Below the pieces are notes generated by a model that was given only the letters and a program-made list of their open reading frames with translations, did no database searches and had not been told where the DNA came from. From a virus, in the IMG/VR virus record IMGVR_UViG_3300045988_156369: DNA of 64,000 nucleotides. One strand, written 5' to 3'. Position numbers and translations under genes: made by a program. Positions 41,996 through 51,039 of the stretch are shown piece by piece. Position 1 is the first letter of the stretch, and each line of letters begins with the position of its first letter.

Positions 41996-42973
41996 ATGTT
42001 TATTAAGGAGGATCGGATCAATGATTTTTACATACAGGTGCCCGCTGATCTGATTTTTTTGAAAGATGTAAAAGAAATCCTACCCGTTTATTTGACGCTT
42101 TATATGCGGGCAGTGCCGGTTTACGAGGATGAAGAAGACATCTGGACCATTGCTACAATCGCTGAGATTACAAACACAACAGGCACGTTTGGGGTTGGCA
42201 AGAAGAGAAGAGAACAACACAACCGAGTGATTAAGGCGATACAGTATCTTGAAGAGGGTGGAGTAGTGCATACAGAGGATTTTGATCCTAGTAAGCCTTC
42301 AGAGCTGTTTCGATACCGTTTCTGCCCGGATATGAAAGATGTGTTTATGACGGGAAATGGAACGTTCAGTTTTGCTCTTCTTGGATGTAAAGAGTACCAC
42401 GTTTTGCGCAAGCTAGTTCTGGCTGAATGCCCGGATGGGCGTGGGGCGGAAACCTTGTTCAGAGTATATCTTTACTTTAACTACCGCCGTACATTGTGGC
42501 AGAAAACTTACATCAACGAAAGCTCAGGCACACTCCCTGTGTGGGTGGGAATTTTAAGCGGTGTGGCCACAGAACTACGTTATCATACTGGAACGCTAAC
42601 GAACGCAGTTAAAGATCTTCATAGCTTAGGGTTGGTTACGCCTTGTTACGGAGTGATTCCTGAAGGAATTGGTGTGAAAGGCAAACCCGATATGATGGTT
42701 GCTTTGAATCTGCTGTGCGATGAAGAAGGCCCGGCTAAGGCAATCTGGAATGCACAAGACAGGTACCGTAAAAAACCAGGAAAAGAGCATTCCCGGTGGT
42801 ATCCCGTTGGCAGCTGTAAGCCGTCAAAGGGAAAAGGTGAAGGTGCTGAGATGACAGAAGAGATGACAACGCCGGAGATTAAAGTATTGAATAATGACGG
42901 TCCCAATATTGTTGTGCCAGATGAAAGCAAGCCCCATTTAATCTCTAGTATCTTTTTTAATTCAGCGATTTAA
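41996..42973 (+). CDS. putative replication initiator / winged-helix DNA-binding protein
   Basis: 325-aa ORF directly downstream of the iterons. The function is positional inference only. Confidence 0.55.
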   Translation: MFIKEDRINDFYIQVPADLIFLKDVKEILPVYLTLYMRAVPVYEDEEDIWTIATIAEITNTTGTFGVGKKRREQHNRVIKAIQYLEEGGVVHTEDFDPSKPSELFRYRFCPDMKDVFMTGNGTFSFALLGCKEYHVLRKLVLAECPDGRGAETLFRVYLYFNYRRTLWQKTYINESSGTLPVWVGILSGVATELRYHTGTLTNAVKDLHSLGLVTPCYGVIPEGIGVKGKPDMMVALNLLCDEEGPAKAIWNAQDRYRKKPGKEHSRWYPVGSCKPSKGKGEGAEMTEEMTTPEIKVLNNDGPNIVVPDESKPHLISSIFFNSAI

Positions 42974-43010
42974 CCAACAATAAAAATATTTTTTTTGGAG
43001 GTATAAAACT

Positions 43011-43313
43011 TTGAACAAGAAAGAAGCTGAAACTTTGTTGATACTGACAAATTTTCTGCATGACCTGTGGCAGGGATTTAAGGCCATGGTGCTGGTTGGA
43101 AGCTGCATTGTGGTGATCCGGCTGGCGTTGCAGATGTTGGGTACTGTGGCCACGGTTGGAATTTTTGTGGCGCTGCCAGTTTTGTATGCGCTTCTGTGGG
43201 CGGCACTTTCCCGTGAGGCGTTTGACAGCGGGCGGGTTAGCATTGAAAAGATTTACAACTTGGAAAAAGCCGAGAACAAAGAGAATGACCCGGATAACAA
43301 GGAGGACGAGTAA
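43011..43313 (+). CDS. membrane protein (100 aa)
   Basis: TTG start after GGAGG. Two TM segments. Confidence 0.55.
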   Translation: MNKKEAETLLILTNFLHDLWQGFKAMVLVGSCIVVIRLALQMLGTVATVGIFVALPVLYALLWAALSREAFDSGRVSIEKIYNLEKAENKENDPDNKEDE

Positions 43314-44884
43314 TGTTCGCACCACCACTATATATTGTGCGAAAGTTGAACCTGACCTACATTATCAACCATGACTATAACATTCAGATCAGCCAGGAGG
43401 AGGAAGAGCGCTTTTATGTAAAGCAGGGTGATAACATGCTGTTCCGGCAGATCCGGCTGCTTACATATGAAAGCAACGAGTATAATCGGTTTGTTGTGTT
43501 TGTGGATTGCGTGGGTGGCCAGAACAAGAAGGCGGCGATGAAGCGGTTGATCCAGCACGGGTTTAAGATTGGAAAGCAAGAGTTTGTGCTGAGTGAACGC
43601 AGCGCCAGTATGGTGCGGCAGGGTATCTTGAGCTTTGTGGACAGGCGGTTGGCCCACGACCTTGACGTGAGAATCACGATGGGAATACAGCTAGACAAGA
43701 CTGTGCTCGCCAAAATGATGAGTTACCGTGGTTTGTGCTTTTCCAGCTGCCACTGCATTGAGAACTGGTACCCGACCATTGTGGTGGTGCCGGATTGTTT
43801 TGTGACGATACCAAACCAGAACATTAAATATGTATATGACCGCAAGATCCAGTTCAAAGACCGCAAAACCGGGGCTGACCGCGAGTGGGTACAGAAAGAC
43901 ATTGCAGAAACTACCCGCGACATTGAGATAAACGCCTTTGACGGCTGCGGGATTGCACACCCCAAGATTATGCAGGAGATACAGCGGCGGTTGGGCAGTG
44001 AGACGCCCGTGACCAGTGTGGTGTGGCGTATGCCGTACTTTAAGGGTGTGCTGAACCAGATGGATTATGAAACGTTTTTTGCAGAACGCGGGGTACGATT
44101 CATCAAAGACATTTGGGGCGTGGAACACGATGTCAGCCCAGGGGCTGAACCCAAGATTATTGCGTGTGAGAGCATGTACAAGGGGTACAAGTATTTTAAG
44201 AAGACCGGCACGATTGCGGACTGGGAGGAATACTGGTACCAGTTCAAGAAGAACAAGCACTGCATTGGCATTGCAAAGTGGCAGTTTGACATTGACACAG
44301 AACCGCTATACACCCGCGGCAACTACCAGATTTTGCAGGACCTGGATTTGCCGGTAGACGAGTTTGAGCATCTGGCAGATTACAGCATTGATTGGGTTGA
44401 AAAGATTGAGAACGGTGACCCGGTATACACCTACTGCTTTTTGGGCATGCTGGCTGACCGGCACAAACCGCTGAATAATTATTGCGCGGCGATTTTGAAG
44501 AACCCGGAGATGCTGAAAGAGGAGGGGGTGCGAAAATACATAACCAACTTGCTTGGAAAATATAAGGACGACATGAAGTGCGGCAAGTTGTGGCTGCGCG
44601 GAAGCTTTAAGTTCTTAGTGCCTGACCTGATTATGCTGATGGAACACATTGCCGGTCTACCCTTGAAGGGAGCGCTGGAGGCGGACGAGTTTTACAGTTT
44701 TGACAGAACAGGGACAACGCTTGGCGAACGGCTGATTGAACGCAACCCGCACATTTGCAAGAGCGAGCATGTGATCCTGAAAGGCGTGACCAACCCGCTG
44801 CTGGAAAAATATTGCAGCCAGTTGGTGAACACGTTGATTGTTAATTGCAAGAGTATTACCCCGCAGAGATTAAATGGCGCGGAT
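43313..44884 (+). CDS. RdRP/YonO-like two-barrel RNA polymerase, exon 1 of 4
   Basis: Ends ...ERNPHICKSEHVILKG...SITPQRLNGAD. The last exon nucleotide is U, paired in P1 (CGGAU/GUCCG). Confidence 0.75.
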
Positions 44885-45146
44885 CGGATGATGGTCCGGG
44901 GCTGTGGTAACACAGCATTTGGAACGGTGTGAACCCCTCGTCAGGGGTGTGGCCCGTATGGGCTGCTAACAGGGAATGCCTGCCTGAGAGACGGCAGGAG
45001 AATCCTGTGGCTGGAAACGGCTGCAACGACTATCTGGGATGAGTGTACCAGGGTAAGGCTGCTATTGACACGCAGTTTGGAGCGCACCGCTGCCGGGAGA
45101 CCGGTAGAAGATATAGTCTACACCTGCAAAAAATGACGTAGGTGTG
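44885..45146 (+). mobile_element. Group I intron 1 (262 nt, ORF-less)
   Basis: P1 with a U-G pair at the 5' splice site, GCTAACAGGGAA block, P7 pairing GACTAT/ATAGTC (R/S-like AAGATATAGTC), terminal G at 45146. Splicing restores GAD-YDGD. Confidence 0.75.
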
Positions 45147-45422
45147 TACGACGGGGATTTGGTCCTAGTATTAAATAGCCCTTTGATGATGAAGGGTGTG
45201 GACAGGAACGCAAAAATTGTAATTGACATTGAAGATAAAGTAACTGCGCTGGCGGAGAAGGACACGATCCAGAACCGCACGGCGTGCATTATGCGCAGCT
45301 TGAAGAGTTTGATTGGTGAGATTTCCAATTACGCGAGCTGCTACCACAACAAAACACCAAAAACTGAGAAGCAGAAAGAGACATACGCCCGGTATGTTGA
45401 TCTGCTCTCCATAACCAACGGT
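45147..45422 (+). CDS. RdRP/YonO-like RNA polymerase, exon 2
   Basis: YDGDLVLVLNSP...LIGEISNYAS...LLSITNG. Ends in U, paired in P1 (AACGGU/GCCGUU). Confidence 0.7.
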
Positions 45423-45672
45423 GGCTTCGCCGTTGTAAAACCGCGTGAATGCCTTATCAGCAGTGTCGCCTAAAGGGCGGCTAACGGTGAAACTCTTTAC
45501 AATACAGCGTAAAGACAATACCGTGCCAAGCTTTGATTGCCAGTTACTGGTAATTACTGAAGGTGTAAAGACTAGGGGTGATGAGTGTAGCCCTGTAGGC
45601 CGGGAGATGATAGCCCGGACGCCAAGCGCGTGGCCATGGAAACATGGAAGAGATAGTCTGGCCTGTATGGTG
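45423..45672 (+). mobile_element. Group I intron 2 (about 250 nt; 3' end 45660-45672 uncertain)
   Basis: GGCGGCTAACGGTGAA block and P7 pairing GACTA/TAGTC (AGAGATAGTC). Candidate terminal G at 45660, 45669 or 45672; all three keep the reading frame. Confidence 0.6.
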
Positions 45673-45704
45673 ACATACGGGATAATTGAAAAAACGAAAG
45701 CCAT
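45673..45704 (+). CDS. RdRP/YonO-like RNA polymerase, micro-exon 3 (32 nt)
   Basis: Encodes TYGIIEKTKA plus 2 nt of an Ile codon. The 5' boundary is uncertain. The 3' end is U, paired in P1 (GCCAU/GUGGC). Confidence 0.5.
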
Positions 45705-46669
45705 CAAGAATCGGTGGCCCTGTGCGGTGACGCGCAGTGGAAACAGCTGGTGAACCTGCAAGAGCAGGGTGTACACAGGACAAATGTGGAAACGCAGGAA
45801 ATGGCGTTTTGTCTGTGTGCTAACAGGGAAACTATCAGATTATAAAATATGGAGGTTGTATGTTTTTTATTGATAAAGATAAATACAGAGACAGCAGTGG
45901 CATTTATGCAATTACGAATATCGCCAACGGAAAAGTTTATGTAGGGCAGACAACAATGCGCTTTATAAAACGCTATTGGCATCATTGTTGGAAGTTGGCG
46001 CATAATGAACATGACAACTGTTACTTACAAAATGATTACAATACTTACGGGGAGGAGGCTTTTAATTTTAAGGTTTTAGCTGTGTTAGAAACTAATGATG
46101 ACATCAATATTATTGAGCAGCAGTGGATTGCTTTTTATAGATCTTTAGGTTGTTGTTACAACATTCAAGATGGCGGCCAAGAGAAAAATCTGGGACGTTT
46201 TCTATCTAAAGAGTCTAAGAGAAAAATTGGAGAAAAGAATCGTGAGCATATGTCTGGAAGAAAACTGCCTGAACAGACAAGATTGCACATGCGAGAATCA
46301 GCACATAGAGGTTCTGATAACATGACGGCAAAACTAAACGAGCTTGATGTAGTTGAGATCGCAAATTTGATAAACTCTGGTTTTTCTAACAGAGAGATTG
46401 CAGCTAGATACAATGTTACTCATGAGAATATTCAGCACATTAGAAAAGGCCATACCTGGAGCCACATTACAGGTTTTGGTAGACATTAAAAACTTATAGC
46501 AAATATAATCTGATACAATCCTGTGCCAAGCCTTATACATATAATAAGGAAGGTCAAGAGACTAGCCCGCAAGGGATGTACGCGATCCGGTGAAAATCCG
46601 GCGTGGAAGTGCCAGCCTCTCATACACGCCAAGAGTGTGAGATGATGATATAGTCCACAAGCAAGAATG
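45705..46669 (+). mobile_element. Group I intron 3 (965 nt) carrying a GIY-YIG homing endonuclease
   Basis: Paralog of intron 1: same P1 geometry, covarying hairpin CTGTGC..GCGCAG, GCTAACAGGGAA and AATCCTGTG blocks. The HEG lies in a loop closed by ATCAGATTATA/TATAATCTGAT. P7 pairing GACTA/TAGTC. Terminal G at 46669. Confidence 0.72.
45860..46489 (+). CDS. GIY-YIG homing endonuclease
   Basis: GIYAITNIANGKVYVGQT...RYWHH...N...EEAF (GIY-YIG module), plus repeated basic NUMOD-like segments and a C-terminal HTH-like region. GGAGG RBS. Confidence 0.85.
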   Translation: MFFIDKDKYRDSSGIYAITNIANGKVYVGQTTMRFIKRYWHHCWKLAHNEHDNCYLQNDYNTYGEEAFNFKVLAVLETNDDINIIEQQWIAFYRSLGCCYNIQDGGQEKNLGRFLSKESKRKIGEKNREHMSGRKLPEQTRLHMRESAHRGSDNMTAKLNELDVVEIANLINSGFSNREIAARYNVTHENIQHIRKGHTWSHITGFGRH

Positions 46670-47366
46670 CGATTTTGCAAAAACCGGTGTGCTGTACCCG
46701 GTGCCGCGGCAGATTGCCAAGTATGGCAGACCTTTGCCGTATTTTATGAAATATGCAAGCCCGTACTACAAGCGGATGAAGCGCCTGAGCTGCGCCCACA
46801 GCAACATGAATAAGATGTGTTGGGTTATTGAAAAGTGGGCGGACGGGCTGCGCCACAAAAGGAGTGACGGGTTTGATTACACAATTATGATTGACGCGGA
46901 GGTGGGATTTAGCCAGGAGCATTTTGATGCGATTGAAAAAATCTACTTTGAGTTTAATAAAACGGTAGCCGAGCTGGCAGAGACTGAACACCATTGCCGT
47001 TACTTTGATCGGTTCAAAGATGAGCTGGAGGCCGAGGGCGTTACAAAGGAGTTTGCCGCCAACTTTGAGGTTGACTGGCAGCTGTACTACAACAAGTTCC
47101 GTGCCCGGTGTGCAGAGATTTGCCTTGACCCCAAAGAACTGGCCAACATTGCCGTGATGCTTTGCTACCAGAAATACCCCCGCCGCAGCAAGAAGTTTAT
47201 GTGGGTGGTGGCCGGCACCGGCATTGTGGAGAACATCCAGCAGGTGAACATTTGCTTGCCGCAGCTGTGCGATGACGGTGAATATGAGTACCTGGGTAAG
47301 CGTTATGCCCTGGTGCCGGTTGGCAACGAACTGAACATTGAACCGATTGAAGGAGGAGAGGGGTAA
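46670..47366 (+). CDS. RdRP/YonO-like RNA polymerase, exon 4
   Basis: Splicing gives KAI-DFAKTGVLYPVPRQIAKYGRPLPYFMKY, matching the AVDFxKTG....P.FM block of RdRP-family enzymes. Summed exons are 2577 nt, giving 858 codons plus a stop. Confidence 0.72.
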
Positions 47367-48181
47367 TGTATTACAGCTATTATTGCAATGAAAAGATGCT
47401 GCTGGATAACTTTGACGATTACAATGAAAGCCCGCGGCTGTTACGGCGGCTGTTGGCGCAGAGTGGGTATGAGCCAGATTTTTGTGCAGATATGCAGCTG
47501 GCCCATACAGACCCCAAGTACATAAGGCAGTATGACCGGTTGGACCTAATCCAGCAGTACAAGAAAAAACAGCTGAAGAAGTGTGGACTGCGGCAGGTTG
47601 ACAAGATCTACCTTTATGATAGCGACCTGACTTACATCCGGTTGGCGATCCGTACTTATGGGCTGACGCAGCGACAGGTAAAGGTTTTGCTTGGTGTGAT
47701 TATTATGTGCCGGCTGAATGGTAGCGACACGCTGGATCTGATGAACCGATACAGGATTAAACAGTTTTGCTCTTGCTTTGGGCGAGATGTGACAGCGATA
47801 CACATTGATGGCGCGAACTGGTGGGACGGTTATGAAGCGCCGGTGGAGCTGGATGTGCTGAGTGACAAGTGCGGTATATTGAACCGAATTACTTGTAAGC
47901 CGGGTCCGGGGCGGATTGGCTGTTTGTATGAGTATCCGTTTTATGATCACAAAAGCGAAGGTGTTTACTGCTGGGATGTGACGGCAGAGAACAACCGGTT
48001 GGACATGGATAAATTGTGCGCAGAGATTGGGCTGTTTGACAACCGGTACTGCGAAAAGTGTGGGGAAGAGATTGCGTGGAATGCCAAGGCACACTACTGC
48101 AAGACCTGCGCGGAATTGGAGAAAAATGCCAAGACATTAGCCCGCGTGACCCGCTACAGAAACAAAAATAATACCTTGTAA
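47366..48181 (+). CDS. hypothetical protein with C-terminal zinc ribbon (271 aa)
   Basis: CEKCGEE...CKTC. ATG overlaps the upstream stop codon. Confidence 0.7.
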   Translation: MYYSYYCNEKMLLDNFDDYNESPRLLRRLLAQSGYEPDFCADMQLAHTDPKYIRQYDRLDLIQQYKKKQLKKCGLRQVDKIYLYDSDLTYIRLAIRTYGLTQRQVKVLLGVIIMCRLNGSDTLDLMNRYRIKQFCSCFGRDVTAIHIDGANWWDGYEAPVELDVLSDKCGILNRITCKPGPGRIGCLYEYPFYDHKSEGVYCWDVTAENNRLDMDKLCAEIGLFDNRYCEKCGEEIAWNAKAHYCKTCAELEKNAKTLARVTRYRNKNNTL

Positions 48182-48228
48182 CGCTTGAAGCTGAAAACCC
48201 CCTATATATGATTATAGAGGGTGGAGTG

Positions 48229-48262
48229 CCCCCGACCATTATGGCTGGGGGTTCTTTTATTC
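48229..48262 (+). terminator. Intrinsic terminator
   Basis: CCCCCGACC-ATTAT-GGCTGGGGG followed by TTCTTTTATT. Confidence 0.6.
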
Positions 48263-48295
48263 TCAGATTATTTTTTTATAAGGAGATTTTTGAAG

Positions 48296-48511
48296 ATGAT
48301 TGTTATTTCTAAGGAAGAAGCAAAAATGTTGCGCAAGAAGTTCCCCGGTGTGCATATGGTTACGACCGTGAACAAAACGATGGTGGACGAGCTGCCGTAT
48401 GTGCTGCAGGCTTTGCCCAACAACTATTTTGCGCAGGAAGCTTTGGCTGAGATGGAGCGTGACCAGCGCCGCACCGGAATTGTGAATACACGGGGTGACG
48501 TGAATGCTTGA
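48296..48511 (+). CDS. hypothetical protein (71 aa)
   Basis: ATG at 48296 after AAGGAG. Confidence 0.6.
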   Translation: MIVISKEEAKMLRKKFPGVHMVTTVNKTMVDELPYVLQALPNNYFAQEALAEMERDQRRTGIVNTRGDVNA

Positions 48512-49685
48512 ACTGCACAAGCTTGCCAAGGAAACTGACAATGAATACATCTACCGCATTTGTGCTGCCAAGGACCAGATTGGTACCTGGGACGATGTGG
48601 CGGATGTGATCAATAAAGAGCTGGGGCAGGACAAGGATGAGTGCGTATACCGCAAGAACTGGAAGGCGTTCAACATTCTGGCGCACGCCAGTGAAACTAA
48701 CCTGAGTGACGCCCAGCAGATTTTGGGCGAGATTAAAGAGCAGCGCCGCGAGCTGGAGAAAGAAAAGGTTAAGCTGCGGGACGAGCGCAATGAAGTGAGC
48801 CGCCTGATGCGGGTACAAGCCCGTGGAGAGAGCATGCGAGAGCTGATTGAACGGCGGTTCAGCGCTTATAAGCCGGAGACTTTTGAACACATTGGGGTAG
48901 TTAGTACAGAAGCACTGACGACTGACCTGATTGTTCACCTGACCGACCTGCATGCGGGAGTAAAGATTGAGAACCTTTACAATAGTTTTGACCAACAGGT
49001 GCTGCGTGCCCGGCTGAAGCGTTATGCAGAAAAGGTGTATGTGATCCAGCAGCGCCACAATGGCCAGAATTGTTTTTTGGTGCTGGGCGGAGACCTGGTA
49101 AACGGTGAGATCCACCTGAACAACCGGCTGGAAAACAACGAGAATGTAGTGGACCAGGTAATCAGCGCCGGGGAAGCTGTGAGTTGGTTTGTGGCTGAAC
49201 TGAGCCGTATGTTTGAACATGTATACATTTATAGTGTGCCGGGTAACCATAGCCGGGTGTTCCCTGCCAAGGAGGATAACCAGCACGGTGAATACCTGGA
49301 CAAGCTTGTGACTTATATTGTGGACGCACGCTGTGCGGCACTTGGCAATGTAGAAACCTACCAGAATACGATTGACGAGACGATTGCGGACTTTATGGTA
49401 CGCGGCCGACTGGTGTATGCAGTGCATGGTGACAAAGACACACCGGGCAGCGTGGTACAGACCTTGACTATGATGACAGGTGATAAGCCTGACATTGTGC
49501 TGATGGGACACCGCCACACCAATGCCCTGACGACTGTATACGATACGAAAGTATACGAAAGCGGCTGTGTGGATGGCGCGGACAGTTACTGCATGGATAA
49601 GAGATTGCGAAATAAACCGGAGCAGAACGTGCTGGTGGTGAATGCTTACGGCGTGGATTGCTGTTACGATATTACGCTGGATTAG
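48504..49685 (+). CDS. calcineurin-like metallophosphoesterase (Mre11/SbcD-type fold)
   Basis: Motifs TDLHAG, GGDLVNG, PGNHS, VHGD and MGHRHT in canonical order. Confidence 0.8.
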   Translation: MLELHKLAKETDNEYIYRICAAKDQIGTWDDVADVINKELGQDKDECVYRKNWKAFNILAHASETNLSDAQQILGEIKEQRRELEKEKVKLRDERNEVSRLMRVQARGESMRELIERRFSAYKPETFEHIGVVSTEALTTDLIVHLTDLHAGVKIENLYNSFDQQVLRARLKRYAEKVYVIQQRHNGQNCFLVLGGDLVNGEIHLNNRLENNENVVDQVISAGEAVSWFVAELSRMFEHVYIYSVPGNHSRVFPAKEDNQHGEYLDKLVTYIVDARCAALGNVETYQNTIDETIADFMVRGRLVYAVHGDKDTPGSVVQTLTMMTGDKPDIVLMGHRHTNALTTVYDTKVYESGCVDGADSYCMDKRLRNKPEQNVLVVNAYGVDCCYDITLD

Positions 49686-49711
49686 AGCGTGGGATTTTTT
49701 GATGAGAGGGG

Positions 49712-49969
49712 ATGGTTGTTAGAGTGGGTGAGTATGAGAAGAAGCAGCCCGAATACTTTTGCAGTTATTCGGCGCGGCTTACGAATTTTTTGAAGGCGTT
49801 TGGTTTGAGCTATGAGAGCCGGCAGATAAATCCCATTACCCAGACAAGCTACTGTGTGTTTAAGCGCAGCCAGAAATTGATGGATGTGATAGAGTTTTGG
49901 AACGAGTGCCGGAACAACTTCCGTGATTATGATGAGAACGGGAACCGCGCCGATAAGGCGGGTGACTGA
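49712..49969 (+). CDS. hypothetical protein (85 aa)
   Basis: ORF with GAGAGGGG RBS. Confidence 0.6.
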   Translation: MVVRVGEYEKKQPEYFCSYSARLTNFLKAFGLSYESRQINPITQTSYCVFKRSQKLMDVIEFWNECRNNFRDYDENGNRADKAGD

Positions 49970-49971
49970 AC

Positions 49972-51027
49972 ATGGCCGGAAGACCGAAAGGCTCTAAAAA
50001 TAAAGCTACAATTTTACGAGAAAACGCAGAAGCGCAGGCCAAGATCCGCCGCATGATGGCAGAGGACGATGGGCCTGCGTATTTTGTTTGCGCCTGTTGC
50101 GGCAAGCGGTTTATGCACCAGAAGGATAATTTTTCCCCTGCGCAGAGTGAGCTGTGGCGAGGAAACAACCATTACTTTCCGGTATGCAAAAGCTGCATGG
50201 ACAAGCTGGTTGACCATTATACCCAGGCGCTGGGTAATGAGGATGAGGCCATGAAGCGGGTGTGCATGCTGTTTGACATTTATTACAGCGAGGGCCTGCT
50301 GAAAAGCACGGCAAAGCACGCCCCGAACACAAGCCGGATGACAGCTTGGATCAGACATTGCAACATGACCCAGAACCATGGCAAGACCTTTGATACCTAC
50401 CTGGAAGAAATTAACGGGCGGGTGATCAATGATGTAAGCGATATCAGCGAGACACGACCAAACGGCGGCAAGGTAAGCCAGCGTATGGTTGGGTTTTGGG
50501 GGCCAGGGTTCAACGAGGCCGAGTATGTGCGGCTTGACAATGAGTACAAGGACTGGATTACCCGGTATGAGTGCTCCACAAAGGCGCAGGAAGAATTGTT
50601 CAAAGCAATCAGTATGGCGCAGATTATGCTGACAAAGGCATACCAGACGGGTGACACCAAGAAGGTAAAAGAGGCCAGCGATACTTTGCAGAACCTGCTG
50701 GGTAGCGCCAATATTAAGCCGAACCAGACGAACGATAATGCGCTGGCAGAGGCAAATACCTTTGGCACTTTGATTAAAAAGTGGGAAGACAAAAAGCCGA
50801 TCCCGGAAGCTGCGCCTGAATGGAAAGACGTGGATGGGATTGGTAAATATTTCCGCACTTGGGTGACAGGGCCAATGATGGAACTGTTCAAGATCAAGAA
50901 CCCGTGGCAGAAAGAATACGAGGAAGGCATGGCACCTTATACAGCGCACCGACCTGAATACACCGGCGGAGAAGAGGAAGAGAACGAGAGTATCCGCAAC
51001 GCCATTTTTGGCACCCCAGGAGAGTGA
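49972..51027 (+). CDS. putative small terminase / DNA-binding protein
   Basis: 351-aa ORF immediately upstream of terL. Basic N-terminus GRPKGSKNK and a Cys4 cluster. The function is positional. Confidence 0.5.
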   Translation: MAGRPKGSKNKATILRENAEAQAKIRRMMAEDDGPAYFVCACCGKRFMHQKDNFSPAQSELWRGNNHYFPVCKSCMDKLVDHYTQALGNEDEAMKRVCMLFDIYYSEGLLKSTAKHAPNTSRMTAWIRHCNMTQNHGKTFDTYLEEINGRVINDVSDISETRPNGGKVSQRMVGFWGPGFNEAEYVRLDNEYKDWITRYECSTKAQEELFKAISMAQIMLTKAYQTGDTKKVKEASDTLQNLLGSANIKPNQTNDNALAEANTFGTLIKKWEDKKPIPEAAPEWKDVDGIGKYFRTWVTGPMMELFKIKNPWQKEYEEGMAPYTAHRPEYTGGEEEENESIRNAIFGTPGE

Positions 51028-51039
51028 GGTGGTGCTTGA

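Noticed and set aside
45445-45753. The 102-aa ORF spanning intron 2 and micro-exon 3, and the extension of exon ORFs into introns (43313-44932 tail, 45144-45473 tail).
   Set aside because: These are read-through of exon frames into intron sequence. Only the spliced product restores the conserved polymerase motifs and an integral codon count.
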